From an uncultured Oscillospiraceae bacterium (GTDB lineage: Bacteria > Bacillota > Clostridia > Oscillospirales > Acutalibacteraceae), in the NCBI GenBank assembly GCA_900543305.1, contig UQQZ01000001.1, forward strand, positions 4,083 through 68,082: 64,000 nt of DNA, given 5' to 3'. Both the position numbers and the translations under genes were made by a program. Positions 1 through 9,814 of the stretch are shown piece by piece. The notes below the pieces were generated by a model. That model saw only the letters and a list, made by a program, of their open reading frames with translations. It was not told the DNA's origin and searched no databases. The first letter of the stretch is position 1. Each line of letters begins with the position of its first letter.

Positions 1-120
1 ATAACGTGGGATGTTCCACTCCCATCACCCGCTCCATAAACAGTAGAGACAGGTTACAAAGAAGCAATATTCCCAGTATCAAGGTCAGCGCCACTTGCAC
101 TGTTTTCCCAATCACTTTCC

Positions 121-1224
121 TCATTGCTTGTCCTTCCGGCGATCTACCAGAAGCAGCAACAGCAGTACACCACTGATTCCCATCAGCCACAAATACATCG
201 TGACCGAGCTGTTGTCCCCTGTTTGAGGAGCTTGCGGATAGATATAATCTTCATCGGATGGATCGGGATCCTGCGTATCATCGGAATTCTGTGGGCTGTC
301 CGGGTCCGTGGGACTTTCGGGATCCGCGGGACCGTCCGGATCTTCAGGATTGTCCGGATCTTCAGGATTGTCCGGATCTTCGGGATTGTCCGGATCGTCA
401 GGATTGTCCGGATCTTCGGGGTTGTCCGGATCTTCGGGATTGTCAGGATCTTCAGGATTGTCCGGATCCTCGGGACTGTCCGGATCCTCGGGATTGTCAG
501 GATCTTCGGGATTGTCAGGATCCTCGGGATTGTCAGGATCCTCGGGATTGTCAGGATCTTCAGGATCTTCGGGAGTATTGCCGCCCGGCTGGGCCTCTTC
601 CTCCACCACAATATAGATGCCTGCCGTCACATCATCAGCGGTCTCCCAGGCAGCCCGGTTTCCCAGCTCAGTATCCACCTTGTCTCGTTCCTCGCTGTCG
701 TAATAGTTCCACTTCCAAGCGATGTCAAAATCCTGTATTTTTCCGCCCTCTACCGTTCCCGACACAGCCCGCACCACCTGGTCTTCCGTCACCCCACTGG
801 GCAAAGGGTAGGATTCTGTATCGGTAAACCCTTGACCGGATAATTCCGGCTCTACTGGGAGAGCCTCTTCCTCCTTGATCCGGTACACTACCGCCACATA
901 GCGGATGGAATAGGCAACACTGTTTTGCAATCGGACAATATTCAGGCCCTCCGTGCCAGGAGCCACCACTTTATCTTCGTTTTCCCCCTCCACGTTTTGA
1001 TAGACACTGTGGAAAAGACTCAGCTCCGCTACCCCGTTTGCATCGATGTTGGTGTTGCTGTCCCAGGTAAGGTTTCCCCTGGTATAGGTAAGCGTGTGAT
1101 CTGGGCTTTCGCTTCTTCCCCCATAGGTCCAACTCATTGCAAAGGGAAACAGGATGACTTCCAGCAAGAATAAAATCAACACAGTGGGCAAAAGCCATTC
1201 TTTTTTGACCCTCCAGGATTTCAC
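121..1224 (-). CDS. Cell-surface protein with a TasA/BsaA-like N-terminal region, an acidic (PEDPDN)n stalk and a C-terminal APQTG sortase-type sorting signal
   Basis: ORF 121..1392 trimmed to the GTG at 1224, which has an AAGGGAGGA SD 6 nt upstream. The N-terminus has basic residues then a hydrophobic anchor (KKEWLLPTVLILFLL). It shares a VVAPGTE motif with the adjacent 233-aa protein. The C-terminus reads APQTGDNSS, then a hydrophobic helix, then RRKDKQ. Confidence 0.75.
   Translation of the reverse strand: MKSWRVKKEWLLPTVLILFLLEVILFPFAMSWTYGGRSESPDHTLTYTRGNLTWDSNTNIDANGVAELSLFHSVYQNVEGENEDKVVAPGTEGLNIVRLQNSVAYSIRYVAVVYRIKEEEALPVEPELSGQGFTDTESYPLPSGVTEDQVVRAVSGTVEGGKIQDFDIAWKWNYYDSEERDKVDTELGNRAAWETADDVTAGIYIVVEEEAQPGGNTPEDPEDPDNPEDPDNPEDPDNPEDPDNPEDPDSPEDPDNPEDPDNPEDPDNPEDPDNPDDPDNPEDPDNPEDPDNPEDPDGPADPESPTDPDSPQNSDDTQDPDPSDEDYIYPQAPQTGDNSSVTMYLWLMGISGVLLLLLLVDRRKDKQ
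295..573. repeat. Tandem 18-bp repeat (unit approx ggattgtccggatcttca on the + strand) encoding about 15 PEDPDN hexapeptides
   Basis: Read directly from the sequence. The near-identical units keep several frames open on both strands, which explains ORFs 124..843, 183..611, 258..827 and 308..616. Confidence 0.95.
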
Positions 1225-1416
1225 GTCTATTCCTCCCTTGTTTTGTGTGGTTCTGAAACTGGTTTTTGACCTTGTGCCTGCCCCCCACTGATCAGCGGGA
1301 GGCAAGGACAAAATCAAAACAGGGAATTTACCAAGAGACAACGCCCCAGCCAGCCACATGGCCGGGGCCTCCCTCTCGGTTATTTCGATCAAGAAATGGG
1401 TGTCATCAAACGTACT

Positions 1417-2118
1417 TTAGTCGATCTGGGTGACAGTGGCACTAGCGTCAATAGAAATGGTGGGAGCTGCACCTCTGGCTGCTTTATCCCCTAAATATGT
1501 ATCCTTGGTATCTTCTCCCTCAAAGGGCCACTCCCACTCTAAAACAAAGTATTTGTCTAATTCTTGATTAGGTTCAAACTTTCCAGATAATGTGAGCTCT
1601 TCTGTCAACACACGCTCAATTTCAGCCATTAATTCAGCCTGTGTTCCATATTTACTTCCATCAATCGTCCCTTGAGTAGCTCCATTAAATGTGAAAATCA
1701 ACGGGCAGTAAAATTCTGTTTCTACACTTTCTGGAGTTTCTCCATCTTCAAGAGGTTCCCCGTTAGGCTTAATATTCCATCCTTCCAAATCAATATTGAA
1801 ATCGATTGTGTACTCGCAAGCCACCTCGGGGGTTCCGGAGAAGGTCAGTTCATAGGGCTCTGGACTCTCTGTACCTGGTGCAACCACATATCCTCCCCCT
1901 GATTGTACCGTAAAAGAATCCTCTCCTATATCATAAACACTTGAAAAAATATCCCCTGACCACTCTGCAGTCACGCCCCACTTTGCTACCCGGGCAGAAT
2001 CTTCTCCTTTTCCTTCACTGACATACTTGGCAAACGTCCCTCCCACAAAGCAGGAAGAGATCAACGTGAGAACCAGCAAAACAGCTGCCAGCCGCATGAC
2101 TTTGTTTGTTTTTTTCAT
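1417..2118 (-). CDS. Secreted TasA/BsaA-like protein with a SipW-dependent-type signal peptide
   Basis: Signal peptide MKKTNKVMRLAAVLLVLTLISSCFVGGTFAKY resembles the SipW-cognate motif (GGTxAxF/Y). The gene lies directly downstream of a SipW-type peptidase. An APGTE motif is shared with ORF 121..1224. Confidence 0.65.
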   Translation of the reverse strand: MKKTNKVMRLAAVLLVLTLISSCFVGGTFAKYVSEGKGEDSARVAKWGVTAEWSGDIFSSVYDIGEDSFTVQSGGGYVVAPGTESPEPYELTFSGTPEVACEYTIDFNIDLEGWNIKPNGEPLEDGETPESVETEFYCPLIFTFNGATQGTIDGSKYGTQAELMAEIERVLTEELTLSGKFEPNQELDKYFVLEWEWPFEGEDTKDTYLGDKAARGAAPTISIDASATVTQID

Positions 2119-2133
2119 TTGGATAAGCCTCCT

Positions 2134-2946
2134 TCAATAGGTTTGATCGGAACGAGTTTCTCGCCCTGTTGTGGAAATACGGCTTGTCCCCACACGAGGA
2201 TTTTGCCTTCCACTTATTTCTCTGCTCGGTCCGGCGTGTGGCCGCCTTCCCTGCATGGTTTCATGGGAATGCCTTGGAGATCCCCCTGCCACCGGCATGG
2301 GAATGCTCTTTTCTCCGGTCAAGGAACGAAGGCGTGAAAGTTCCTTTTCCATTTCCTGAGATTTTTTCCGTTCCCGATTTGCATATCGCTGACGGCGAAC
2401 AATGTCATACACAATAAACGCCAGCAAGGGGACCCCCACAAACAGCATCATCCCCAGCGGTTTTTGTAAAAATATCACCAGATCTCCCACTTTTGGGATC
2501 CGCCCCAGGTACGCTCCCACCAGCTGATTCTCTCCAACCGGTTCGGTATCCTCCGTTTCATTGGCATCTCCCTTTGTGGTAAACAGGAAACTGCCGTCCT
2601 CGTCGGTTTGAATCGAGGTAATCCGGTGGGTCACGGCAATGCTGCCGCTCATGTAGGCAATTACATCTCCAACTTCCAGCTTTTCCGGATCGGCAGAGCC
2701 CATAAATACCAGATCCCCTACCTCTATATGTCCTTCCTGAGATCCACTCATGGATCCCGATAACACAACCATGGGAGTTATCCCAAAAACCGATGGGGGA
2801 CGATCCGGGTTAACGGTTCCTTTGATTACGATGGTGAGATTACATGCCACCAACAACCCCAACACGATACAGAGTGCCAAACACAAAGCCGTTGCCACAC
2901 GACGGAGGGGGCTTGATTTATTTCGATGTTTTTTCGCATGTCTCAT
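2134..2946 (-). CDS. sipW: Signal peptidase I, SipW (archaeal/ER) type, with a basic C-terminal extension
   Basis: N-terminal TM segment, then VLSGSMSGS (catalytic Ser box) and AVTHRI (His box), then a C-terminal TM. The order sipW then TasA-like genes matches known SipW operons. Confidence 0.8.
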   Translation of the reverse strand: MRHAKKHRNKSSPLRRVATALCLALCIVLGLLVACNLTIVIKGTVNPDRPPSVFGITPMVVLSGSMSGSQEGHIEVGDLVFMGSADPEKLEVGDVIAYMSGSIAVTHRITSIQTDEDGSFLFTTKGDANETEDTEPVGENQLVGAYLGRIPKVGDLVIFLQKPLGMMLFVGVPLLAFIVYDIVRRQRYANRERKKSQEMEKELSRLRSLTGEKSIPMPVAGGSPRHSHETMQGRRPHAGPSREISGRQNPRVGTSRISTTGRETRSDQTY

Positions 2947-3348
2947 GGTTTCTTGCTCCCCTTCCTTGGGAAATATCTTTTCTGTTCCAGATTATAATAC
3001 AAAACCAATGCTATGTTCTATAGTTTTGGTAAATGTGACGAACCTGTGACTTTTCTCGTTTTTTAAAATTATTTCTGGTTTCACTATGCTATTTCCCACG
3101 CATTCAAATTTTTTCTCATTCTTGGCTGTATTGTTAGGCCTTAGAAAATTGGGCATTTATACGGAAATAGCATCAAAAGTTTAAGTGATTATTCTTTTGT
3201 GAAAAGGGAAATGGCCTTTGCTCGAAACCTTTTTTAGCAAGATTGGAAATCCTTCTAGAAACGTCGTAATTCTTACTTTGACCTAAAAAGCGGAAATTCT
3301 ATCTCTCTTTTGCACAAATACAAGTGACAATGGACTAGATGGCAACAA

Positions 3349-3387
3349 AAAAGACTCAAAACCGATGACCGGCTTGAGTCTTTTTCA
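3349..3387 (-). terminator. Rho-independent terminator downstream of the histidine kinase gene (hairpin usable in both directions)
   Basis: AAAGACTCAA ... TTGAGTCTTT inverted repeat, followed on the minus strand by TTTTGTT. Confidence 0.7.
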
Positions 3388-3430
3388 ATCCTTTACGGAT
3401 GCATTCGATATAAACACGTTCCAGGAAGGC

Positions 3431-5404
3431 CTATTCTTCCCCGAAAAGCAAAGGAAGCCTGATGGTGAACTGACTGCCTTGTCCCAGCTGAGAGGAAACT
3501 TCCACCACTCCTCCATGTTCCACCGCCACAGATCGGACAATGTACAGACCCAATCCCTCCCCGCTGTTATCCTCTCGATAGGTAAATCCCCGGTCAAACA
3601 CGCGGGACATGTTTTCCTCGGGAATTCCTTGCCCTGTGTCCTTTACTGAAATAAGAGCCCAGTTCTCTTTCCGTTTCAACTCCAATACCACAACACCTTC
3701 CTCCGGCGTAAAGGATAAGGCGTTGTAACAGAGGTTTTCCAAAGCAATTCGCAAACGGTCCTCGTTGCCCCGGATTGACAGCTTTTCCCAGGGGAGCTCC
3801 AGACGGAATTCCAATCCCTGCAATTCCATGTCAGGTTGATTAGACATATGAAATTCCCGCAAGAAATCGTTGAGACACATTTTCTCCATGGCGATCACGC
3901 CACGTTCACTCCTTGAGAAACTTTGAAGCAGACTAAACCTGTCTCCCAAGGCGTCCACCCTCTCTATCAAAGCATGAAGATACTGAGAAGTCTCCTGGTC
4001 CATCGCCACATTGCCACTGCGCACCAACTCCGCATACCCCCGCAATGCCGTCAAAGGATTTTTCACGTCGTGCAGCAAATTACCCAGCAGTTCCCTCCGC
4101 TCTGTCAAAAGGGCATTCATTCCCTGGGTCTTTCGCTCCACTTCCTCTTGCAGGTGCAAGGTCAGGTGCTGATTTTCCCGGGACAATAAAATTCCTCGGC
4201 GGACCATCATCCCCGCAAATCCAATCACCAAGGCGTATCCTCCGTACTCCTCAAACCAAGCTCCGAAAGCTGGCTCAAAGCGATTGGCCAACATGACCGT
4301 AGCAACCACGGATAACCCGTAAAATCCTGCCGCCCCCGCCAAACAACACCCAAGAAAGGTATCGGTCCGAAAACTGTGTCCTGCCAAAACCAGCAGATAT
4401 ATCCCCGCTGCGATTTTCCACACCCACAACAGCAAGCCATAGGGATTGATGAAAAAAGGAACATATGGTAAAATCCATAACGGGAACACCAGTGTAACAG
4501 CACACAGGGCAACGGCAGCTGGAATTGCCACACGTCTGTGATAAGGGCGCTTTGCCACACCGGAAAGCTCCCCAGCCAATAAAATGGCAAAAAGCAAGAC
4601 TGCGGTTCCTGCCACGTCCTCCAATCCATACAGAGGACGAACCCATGGAATCCCAATTGCCCGGAGAAAAGGATAGCTTTCTCGAAGGCCAAAGGCAAGG
4701 CTCAAAAGTCCCATCCATCTGGTGGAACGATCTTTACTTCCCAACCATTGGACGAAGTACATCAATGCCACGGCCAAAGAGCTGAAGCACAGCACCCCAT
4801 AGACCCCAAATCGGATCACAAGCATTCGGAAAATCGCCGTTGTGGATCCCACGGCAGGGGGATAATACAACCCCGAATAATAGTGAGTGAAATTCGCACA
4901 CTGGATGACTATTTCCGCAACGCCGTCTACCTGCACAGTATATAGCCCATCCATTACCAGAGGAATATAGGGCTCGATACTCCCCTGTTCCCCTAGCAGG
5001 GTTCCGTTAATATAGATTTTCCCTGCACACAGCAACTCCGGTAAATACAGGGCGATTTCGCCACCCCCATTTTCTCCATAGAGCAACAGCCTGTAAGTAG
5101 CTACTCCATAAGGGGTTCCCAAGTGGGAAGAAAAATTGGAGTATTGTCCCGGAAATGTGTATTCTTCCGGAGAAACCCCTTCCTGAAACTCTTCCGGCTC
5201 CAGCAGCTGACCTGGATAATATTCCCATCCGTCCACCAGGAACCCGATCTCATCCGGGTCTTCGTTTAAGATATTGTACCCATATCCCCCCGGAAGGGCA
5301 GAGGTATACTTGTTGTCCCAATGAAACAAGGCTCCACAAGCAGCAACCCCCACTATCAGCACCGCCAATAGGAGTATGTTCCGATATCCTATTTTCTTGT
5401 TCAC
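3431..5404 (-). CDS. Sensor histidine kinase, 7TMR-DISM type (extracellular domain, multi-TM region, HisKA and HATPase_c)
   Basis: H-box HDVKNPLTALRGYAELV. The G-box region reads DTGQGIPEE ... GEGLGLYIVRSVAVEHGG. There are several hydrophobic helices in the middle. GTG start at 5404. Confidence 0.85.
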   Translation of the reverse strand: MNKKIGYRNILLLAVLIVGVAACGALFHWDNKYTSALPGGYGYNILNEDPDEIGFLVDGWEYYPGQLLEPEEFQEGVSPEEYTFPGQYSNFSSHLGTPYGVATYRLLLYGENGGGEIALYLPELLCAGKIYINGTLLGEQGSIEPYIPLVMDGLYTVQVDGVAEIVIQCANFTHYYSGLYYPPAVGSTTAIFRMLVIRFGVYGVLCFSSLAVALMYFVQWLGSKDRSTRWMGLLSLAFGLRESYPFLRAIGIPWVRPLYGLEDVAGTAVLLFAILLAGELSGVAKRPYHRRVAIPAAVALCAVTLVFPLWILPYVPFFINPYGLLLWVWKIAAGIYLLVLAGHSFRTDTFLGCCLAGAAGFYGLSVVATVMLANRFEPAFGAWFEEYGGYALVIGFAGMMVRRGILLSRENQHLTLHLQEEVERKTQGMNALLTERRELLGNLLHDVKNPLTALRGYAELVRSGNVAMDQETSQYLHALIERVDALGDRFSLLQSFSRSERGVIAMEKMCLNDFLREFHMSNQPDMELQGLEFRLELPWEKLSIRGNEDRLRIALENLCYNALSFTPEEGVVVLELKRKENWALISVKDTGQGIPEENMSRVFDRGFTYREDNSGEGLGLYIVRSVAVEHGGVVEVSSQLGQGSQFTIRLPLLFGEE

Positions 5405-5432
5405 AGCAGATCAACTCCCAGGAGGATTATTT

Positions 5433-7154
5433 ATGAGCCCGTCATGGATGAAAAAATGCATTTTTTATGTCTGTACCCTATTTCTTTGTGGTATCGTTCC
5501 TCTTCCAGCCGCCGCCCAGGATACCCTGGAATTGTCTTCGGAAGAAACCACATGGGAGTTTTCTTCTCCCTCAGAGAACCTCCAAGAAGACATGGGGCTC
5601 TCCTGGGAGGAGCAAGGGGAAACGGAAGATTCTTCCTTTGATTCTCTCCCTCAGAAAGAAGGTTCCCAGTCCTCTTCCCTTTCCGGGTCTCCTTCCCCCA
5701 AATCCGCTCCGTCCTCGTACGATCTTGACAATGAAGAGGATGATACGGAGCTTCCGGATTCAAAAGAAGAAATGGGCAACAGTTATACTGTCACTCTCTC
5801 CTCCTGCACCATTGGCAACGGGCAAACACTCAGCTACACCACCATCTCCTCGGCTTTTGCAGGCGGCTCTCTTCCGGAAGGGTATTATCCCGGAGAATTG
5901 ACTGTGGAGATCTCCGGCCAAATCATTATTGAAGCAGGCGGAACCCTTTCCATTGGTCCCCTTTCCATTGGTGGACCTGAAGCCAGTCCTGTTCTTTCCT
6001 TCTCGGGCGGCCAGATCATCGTAAAATCAGGAGGCAGTCTGCGGCTGACAGAAACCGTCTTTGCAACCGATGGAACCACCCCTTTGATTGTACAGGAAAC
6101 AGGCGGCTCAATTGAACTGCAAATGACACAAGCTCCCCAAGGTCTCATTCAGTGGGCCCCTCCTCTGGTGGACAACTTGTACCAAAGCCCAGATGACCTT
6201 TGGCTGCCTGAAGGGACTCTGCTGCAACAGGCGATGCTGCCCAGCTCCCTGGAGGTAGACGTTCAGCTGCAAGGACAGGTTACCCAGGAACAGATGTCTC
6301 TGTCCTGGAATTTGGAAGAGTATGATGGCCGTTCCACCGGGGAACTGGTTCTGACGGGAACCTTTCTGGATGAAACCGGTCAAGCCGTCCTCAGCAGGAT
6401 TCCCTTAGATCTCACGATCCACTGGTATAAACCCAACTCATTGCAAGTGACTAAAGCTGTTTGGAAAGGAGAAACAGTTCCCGTAGTACAGCTGACAGTA
6501 TTGGAATTGCCAGAGGAAGCAGACATCTGGGGAGAAGTATCCACCGATAACGGAAAAACCTGGGAACGGTGGGAAACAGAAGATCTCTTCTTCATAGTAG
6601 AGAATGAGCCGGAAGGATTTGTCTGCAATTTTGCCTTGCCGGATGAAACACCCCGAATGTTTCGCATTGCCGCACAGGATTGGTTCGAGCCTTTGTTTTG
6701 GCAATCGGAAGCTTTTTCTCTGACTGCCCCCACAACAGATGATTCCAGCGGCAACCGCGGAGGCAGCACGATACCTGTTTCTCCTGAGCGGGAACCCAGT
6801 TCTGTGGCTCCGCCTGAGGTCGCTGCCGGCGCACCCTACGAAAATTCCACTTCTGTTCCGGAGTCCTCCTCTTCCCAGGAGGAAACCAGCTCTGGAACGG
6901 TCTCTGAAAAAGAAACGTCGCCCCAGAAAGAATCAGAAATCAAAGAGGAGGAACCTGGCTCTATCCAAAATAGGGAAGAATCCTCTGAGGTCCCATCCGC
7001 CTCCACGGAGCCAGAAGAAGCCTCCCCGCAAACCACTGCCCCACAAAAACTTTCCAAGGGGATGCAGATCCTGTTGGTAATTCTGGGAATTGTTTTCTGC
7101 GTCTCCATCGGAATCGTACTCAGCCGTTTGATAACAAAGAAAAAAGAGAATTAA
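5433..7154 (+). CDS. Secreted Ser/Glu-rich protein of unknown function with a C-terminal membrane anchor
   Basis: ATG at 5433 sits 7 nt after AGGAGG. Signal peptide MSPSWMKKCIFYVCTLFLCGIVPLPAAAQ. C-terminal TM GMQILLVILGIVFCVSIGIVL followed by KKKEN. Confidence 0.75.
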   Translation: MSPSWMKKCIFYVCTLFLCGIVPLPAAAQDTLELSSEETTWEFSSPSENLQEDMGLSWEEQGETEDSSFDSLPQKEGSQSSSLSGSPSPKSAPSSYDLDNEEDDTELPDSKEEMGNSYTVTLSSCTIGNGQTLSYTTISSAFAGGSLPEGYYPGELTVEISGQIIIEAGGTLSIGPLSIGGPEASPVLSFSGGQIIVKSGGSLRLTETVFATDGTTPLIVQETGGSIELQMTQAPQGLIQWAPPLVDNLYQSPDDLWLPEGTLLQQAMLPSSLEVDVQLQGQVTQEQMSLSWNLEEYDGRSTGELVLTGTFLDETGQAVLSRIPLDLTIHWYKPNSLQVTKAVWKGETVPVVQLTVLELPEEADIWGEVSTDNGKTWERWETEDLFFIVENEPEGFVCNFALPDETPRMFRIAAQDWFEPLFWQSEAFSLTAPTTDDSSGNRGGSTIPVSPEREPSSVAPPEVAAGAPYENSTSVPESSSSQEETSSGTVSEKETSPQKESEIKEEEPGSIQNREESSEVPSASTEPEEASPQTTAPQKLSKGMQILLVILGIVFCVSIGIVLSRLITKKKEN

Positions 7155-7186
7155 CCGGTAACCGTCTCGACTTTGTCGGGACGGTT

Positions 7187-7874
7187 TTACGTTTTAGGTA
7201 CCGCACAAAAACGATATCCCTTTCCCCGCACCGTCTCAATATATCGGACCCCGGGGCAGTATTTTTCCAGTTTTTGACGCACCCGCGCCATACAAACCTG
7301 TATATTGTGCAATCCACGATTCAGTGGCGTATGCCACACTCCATTGTACAGCTGTTCATATGAAAACACCTGATCTGGATTTTGGGCAAGAAACGCCAAA
7401 AGGTCAAACTCCAGGGCTGTAAAGGGAACACTCCCCCCCCTCATACCACACTTCCCGCAAACCTATATCGATTCTCAGGGCTTCGAAAGACAGAACCTTT
7501 CCGGAAAACACATGGTAATGGCGCAGGATTCGCGACCGCAGTCGAAGCTCCAATTCCACTAGGGAATAAGGTTTCCCGATATAATCGTCTCCTCCTGCCA
7601 TGAGCCCTTGAATTCTATCGTCCGTTTGAGAATAAGCTGACAAGAAAATCACGGGAATCTCGCTGGTTTCCCGCAATCTTTTACACACAGCCACTCCATC
7701 AATGCCCGGCATATCCACGTCTAATATCACCGCGTCCAGGGCAGTGGTACTCAAGATTGCCAACGCCTCTGTACCGTTTTCCGCTTGGTAGACCTGGTAT
7801 CCGCATTTCTTCAAATAATCCCCATTGGTTTTCTGAATATGGGGGTCATCATCCACCAGCAAGATCCGATACAT
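7187..7874 (-). pseudogene. OmpR-family response regulator disrupted by a +1 frameshift in a G8 (C8 on +) homopolymer
   Basis: The receiver domain (MYRILLVDDD ... DVDMPGIDG ... GADDYIGKP) ends in ORF 7404..7898. The winged-helix domain (LEFDLLAFL ... VRGKGYRF) continues in ORF 7187..7444. Removing one G from the run at 7433..7440 joins ...VWYEGG to SVPFTALEFDLL in frame. Confidence 0.85.
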
Positions 7875-8129
7875 TATCGCTCTCTCCTCCCACACCATGG
7901 CTTTGTGTATTCTTTAGTACTTCATTATACCACACAGAAAACTATTAAAAAATCACAAATCCGTCACATTCTGCAAGATTCATCTCCGCCTCGTCTCTTT
8001 TCCCCCTATGAATCGAAACTTGTTATACTTTTTCATGTATGGACCTCCGTCTTGACTATAGGGGTTTTCTTCCCTGCGTCTTTGCCTTATAATAGAGAAA
8101 AACCAGTGATGAGAGAAAGGAATCAGCGT

Positions 8130-8666
8130 ATGAATACTACGGCACAAGTGGACTTGCTCCAGCAGCACATGATGCTGTTTGATGGAGGGGATCCTAAACG
8201 GATTCAGCATTTTATCAAAGTACATCGATTTGCACAAATGATCGGCCGCATGGAACACCTGGACGACCACACCCAATTTCTCACCGAATGCGCCGCTCTT
8301 GTCCACGACATCGGCATCCGGCCCGCAGAGGAAAAATACGGAGCCTGCAATGGGAAACTCCAGGAACAGGAAGGTCCCGCCTATGCCCGCCGCATGCTGG
8401 AAAAAGTGGGGTTATCCCAGGAGGACATCGAGCGCATTTGCTATCTGGTTGGCCACCACCACACCTACACCCACATCGATGGGGTGGACTATCAGATTCT
8501 TGTAGAGGCGGACTTTCTGGTAAATCTCTATGAGGACGGATCCAATCAGGCATCGATTCAATCCGCTTATGACAGCATTTTCCGCACAAAATCCGGAAAG
8601 CTTTTGTGTCGGGCCATGTTCGGAATTTCCCCTATTCCGGCTTTGGAGGACTTCATGGATGAATAA
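8130..8666 (+). CDS. HD-domain phosphohydrolase
   Basis: ALVHDIG and GHHHTY motifs. The start is uncertain: ATG 8130 or ATG 8109, both in frame inside ORF 7785..8666, whose 5' part overlaps the response regulator on the other strand. Confidence 0.7.
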   Translation: MNTTAQVDLLQQHMMLFDGGDPKRIQHFIKVHRFAQMIGRMEHLDDHTQFLTECAALVHDIGIRPAEEKYGACNGKLQEQEGPAYARRMLEKVGLSQEDIERICYLVGHHHTYTHIDGVDYQILVEADFLVNLYEDGSNQASIQSAYDSIFRTKSGKLLCRAMFGISPIPALEDFMDE

Positions 8667-8928
8667 ACCCAAGATTAAAATCCCCTTAGGGGACAGAAAA
8701 GGCCCCATGGGCTGCCACCACGGCCATCAAATCGGGGATACCTTTGACTTTGATACAGATCGGGGAAAACTGTGTCCCATGGCCATGCATGTGGCGTTTC
8801 CCTACATTGACATCCTTCGTTACGGCGGAAAACTTCCTACACAGCCAGACGGATCTGTCTTGTTTTGCTGTCCGGATGTAAATGTGATCAATGTCTTCCA
8901 GCTGGAAGTGGTGGAGAACGACCAATGA
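8659..8928 (+). CDS. TIGR04076-family small protein
   Basis: MNKPKIKIPLGDRKGPMGCHHGHQIGDTFDFD...LCPMAMHVAFPYIDILRYGG is typical of the family. The ATG at 8659 overlaps the stop of the HD gene. Confidence 0.7.
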   Translation: MNKPKIKIPLGDRKGPMGCHHGHQIGDTFDFDTDRGKLCPMAMHVAFPYIDILRYGGKLPTQPDGSVLFCCPDVNVINVFQLEVVENDQ

Positions 8929-9277
8929 TTCCATTCCCTGGGCGAAAATTTCCAAAATGGCTGCCTCCATGGATTGGCCTTTTTCTAGGACATGCCGGGC
9001 TTTTTTCGGCTTGAATACTGTGACCTTCATCGCGCCGCTGCCTTCCCAATTTTGGAAGGGCAGCGGCAGTCCATTGTTCCATGTGAATCCTTTCGGGACA
9101 GGCTATTCCTCTGGTGCATTATCTGATTCCGGTAACTCTTTGACTCTCTCACTCTGTCCCCTGGAGGAGATTCTTTCTATTCTCAAAATCCCATGGATAG
9201 ATTCAGATAATTCCCGTTCTCTCTCCCTTTCGGTGTGATATAATCCGGAATCATATCACCTGAAAGAAGGCAGTCCA

Positions 9278-9772
9278 TTGACCAGAAAACCAAACTATGT
9301 GGCAGCGATCTTGACCATCTTGCTGGTATGCAATCTCTGTCTGATCTGGGGGAGCCCTTTGGCCAATGACACAGGATTGCCCCCTGTTTTCTTGGACTTC
9401 CTTGCTTTCCTTCTCACCCCGTTTCAAGATTCGGCCCAGCGAAACACAACCATACAAATTCTGATCCATGTGACGGAATTTGCCTTTTTGGGAGGAGTAT
9501 CCGGGGGCCTGCTGATCTCTTACCGGAAAGTCAGGCTGCAACCGGTGATCCATCTTCTTTCTGCTGGCCTTCTGGCAGCCAATATCGATGAAACCATTCA
9601 TCTGCTGGCAAATCTGAACGCCCAGCTGCAAACCGTCTGGATGGATTTCATCGGGTTTGCAGGGGGATCCATTCTGGTTCTTGGGATCCATGCTTTCGTA
9701 ACTCACCCACAGATTCCTCCGGAAAATATCATCGCATTTCCCGGAACACAATTTCATGGAAAAAGCCGGTAG
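9278..9772 (+). CDS. VanZ-family membrane protein
   Basis: IHVTEFAFLG and DETIHLL ... W.DF.GF.GG motifs. It is a paralogue of 52576..53061. Confidence 0.75.
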   Translation: MTRKPNYVAAILTILLVCNLCLIWGSPLANDTGLPPVFLDFLAFLLTPFQDSAQRNTTIQILIHVTEFAFLGGVSGGLLISYRKVRLQPVIHLLSAGLLAANIDETIHLLANLNAQLQTVWMDFIGFAGGSILVLGIHAFVTHPQIPPENIIAFPGTQFHGKSR

Positions 9773-9814
9773 ACGCTTTGGCTCCTCCGTTTCCGATCTT
9801 TAGACCTTTCCTTA

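Noticed and set aside
124-843. Four overlapping ORFs across the 18-bp repeat (124..843 +, 258..827 +, 308..616 +, 183..611 -).
   Set aside because: They are artefacts of the tandem repeat keeping several frames open. Only the minus-strand PEDPDN frame connects a signal/anchor sequence to a sorting signal.
8686-9030. 114-aa minus-strand ORF overlapping the TIGR04076 gene, and a 13-bp GC-rich hairpin at 9034..9067.
   Set aside because: The ORF has no recognisable motifs and mostly runs antisense to a gene with a clear family signature. The hairpin lacks a U-tract on either strand, so I did not call it a terminator.
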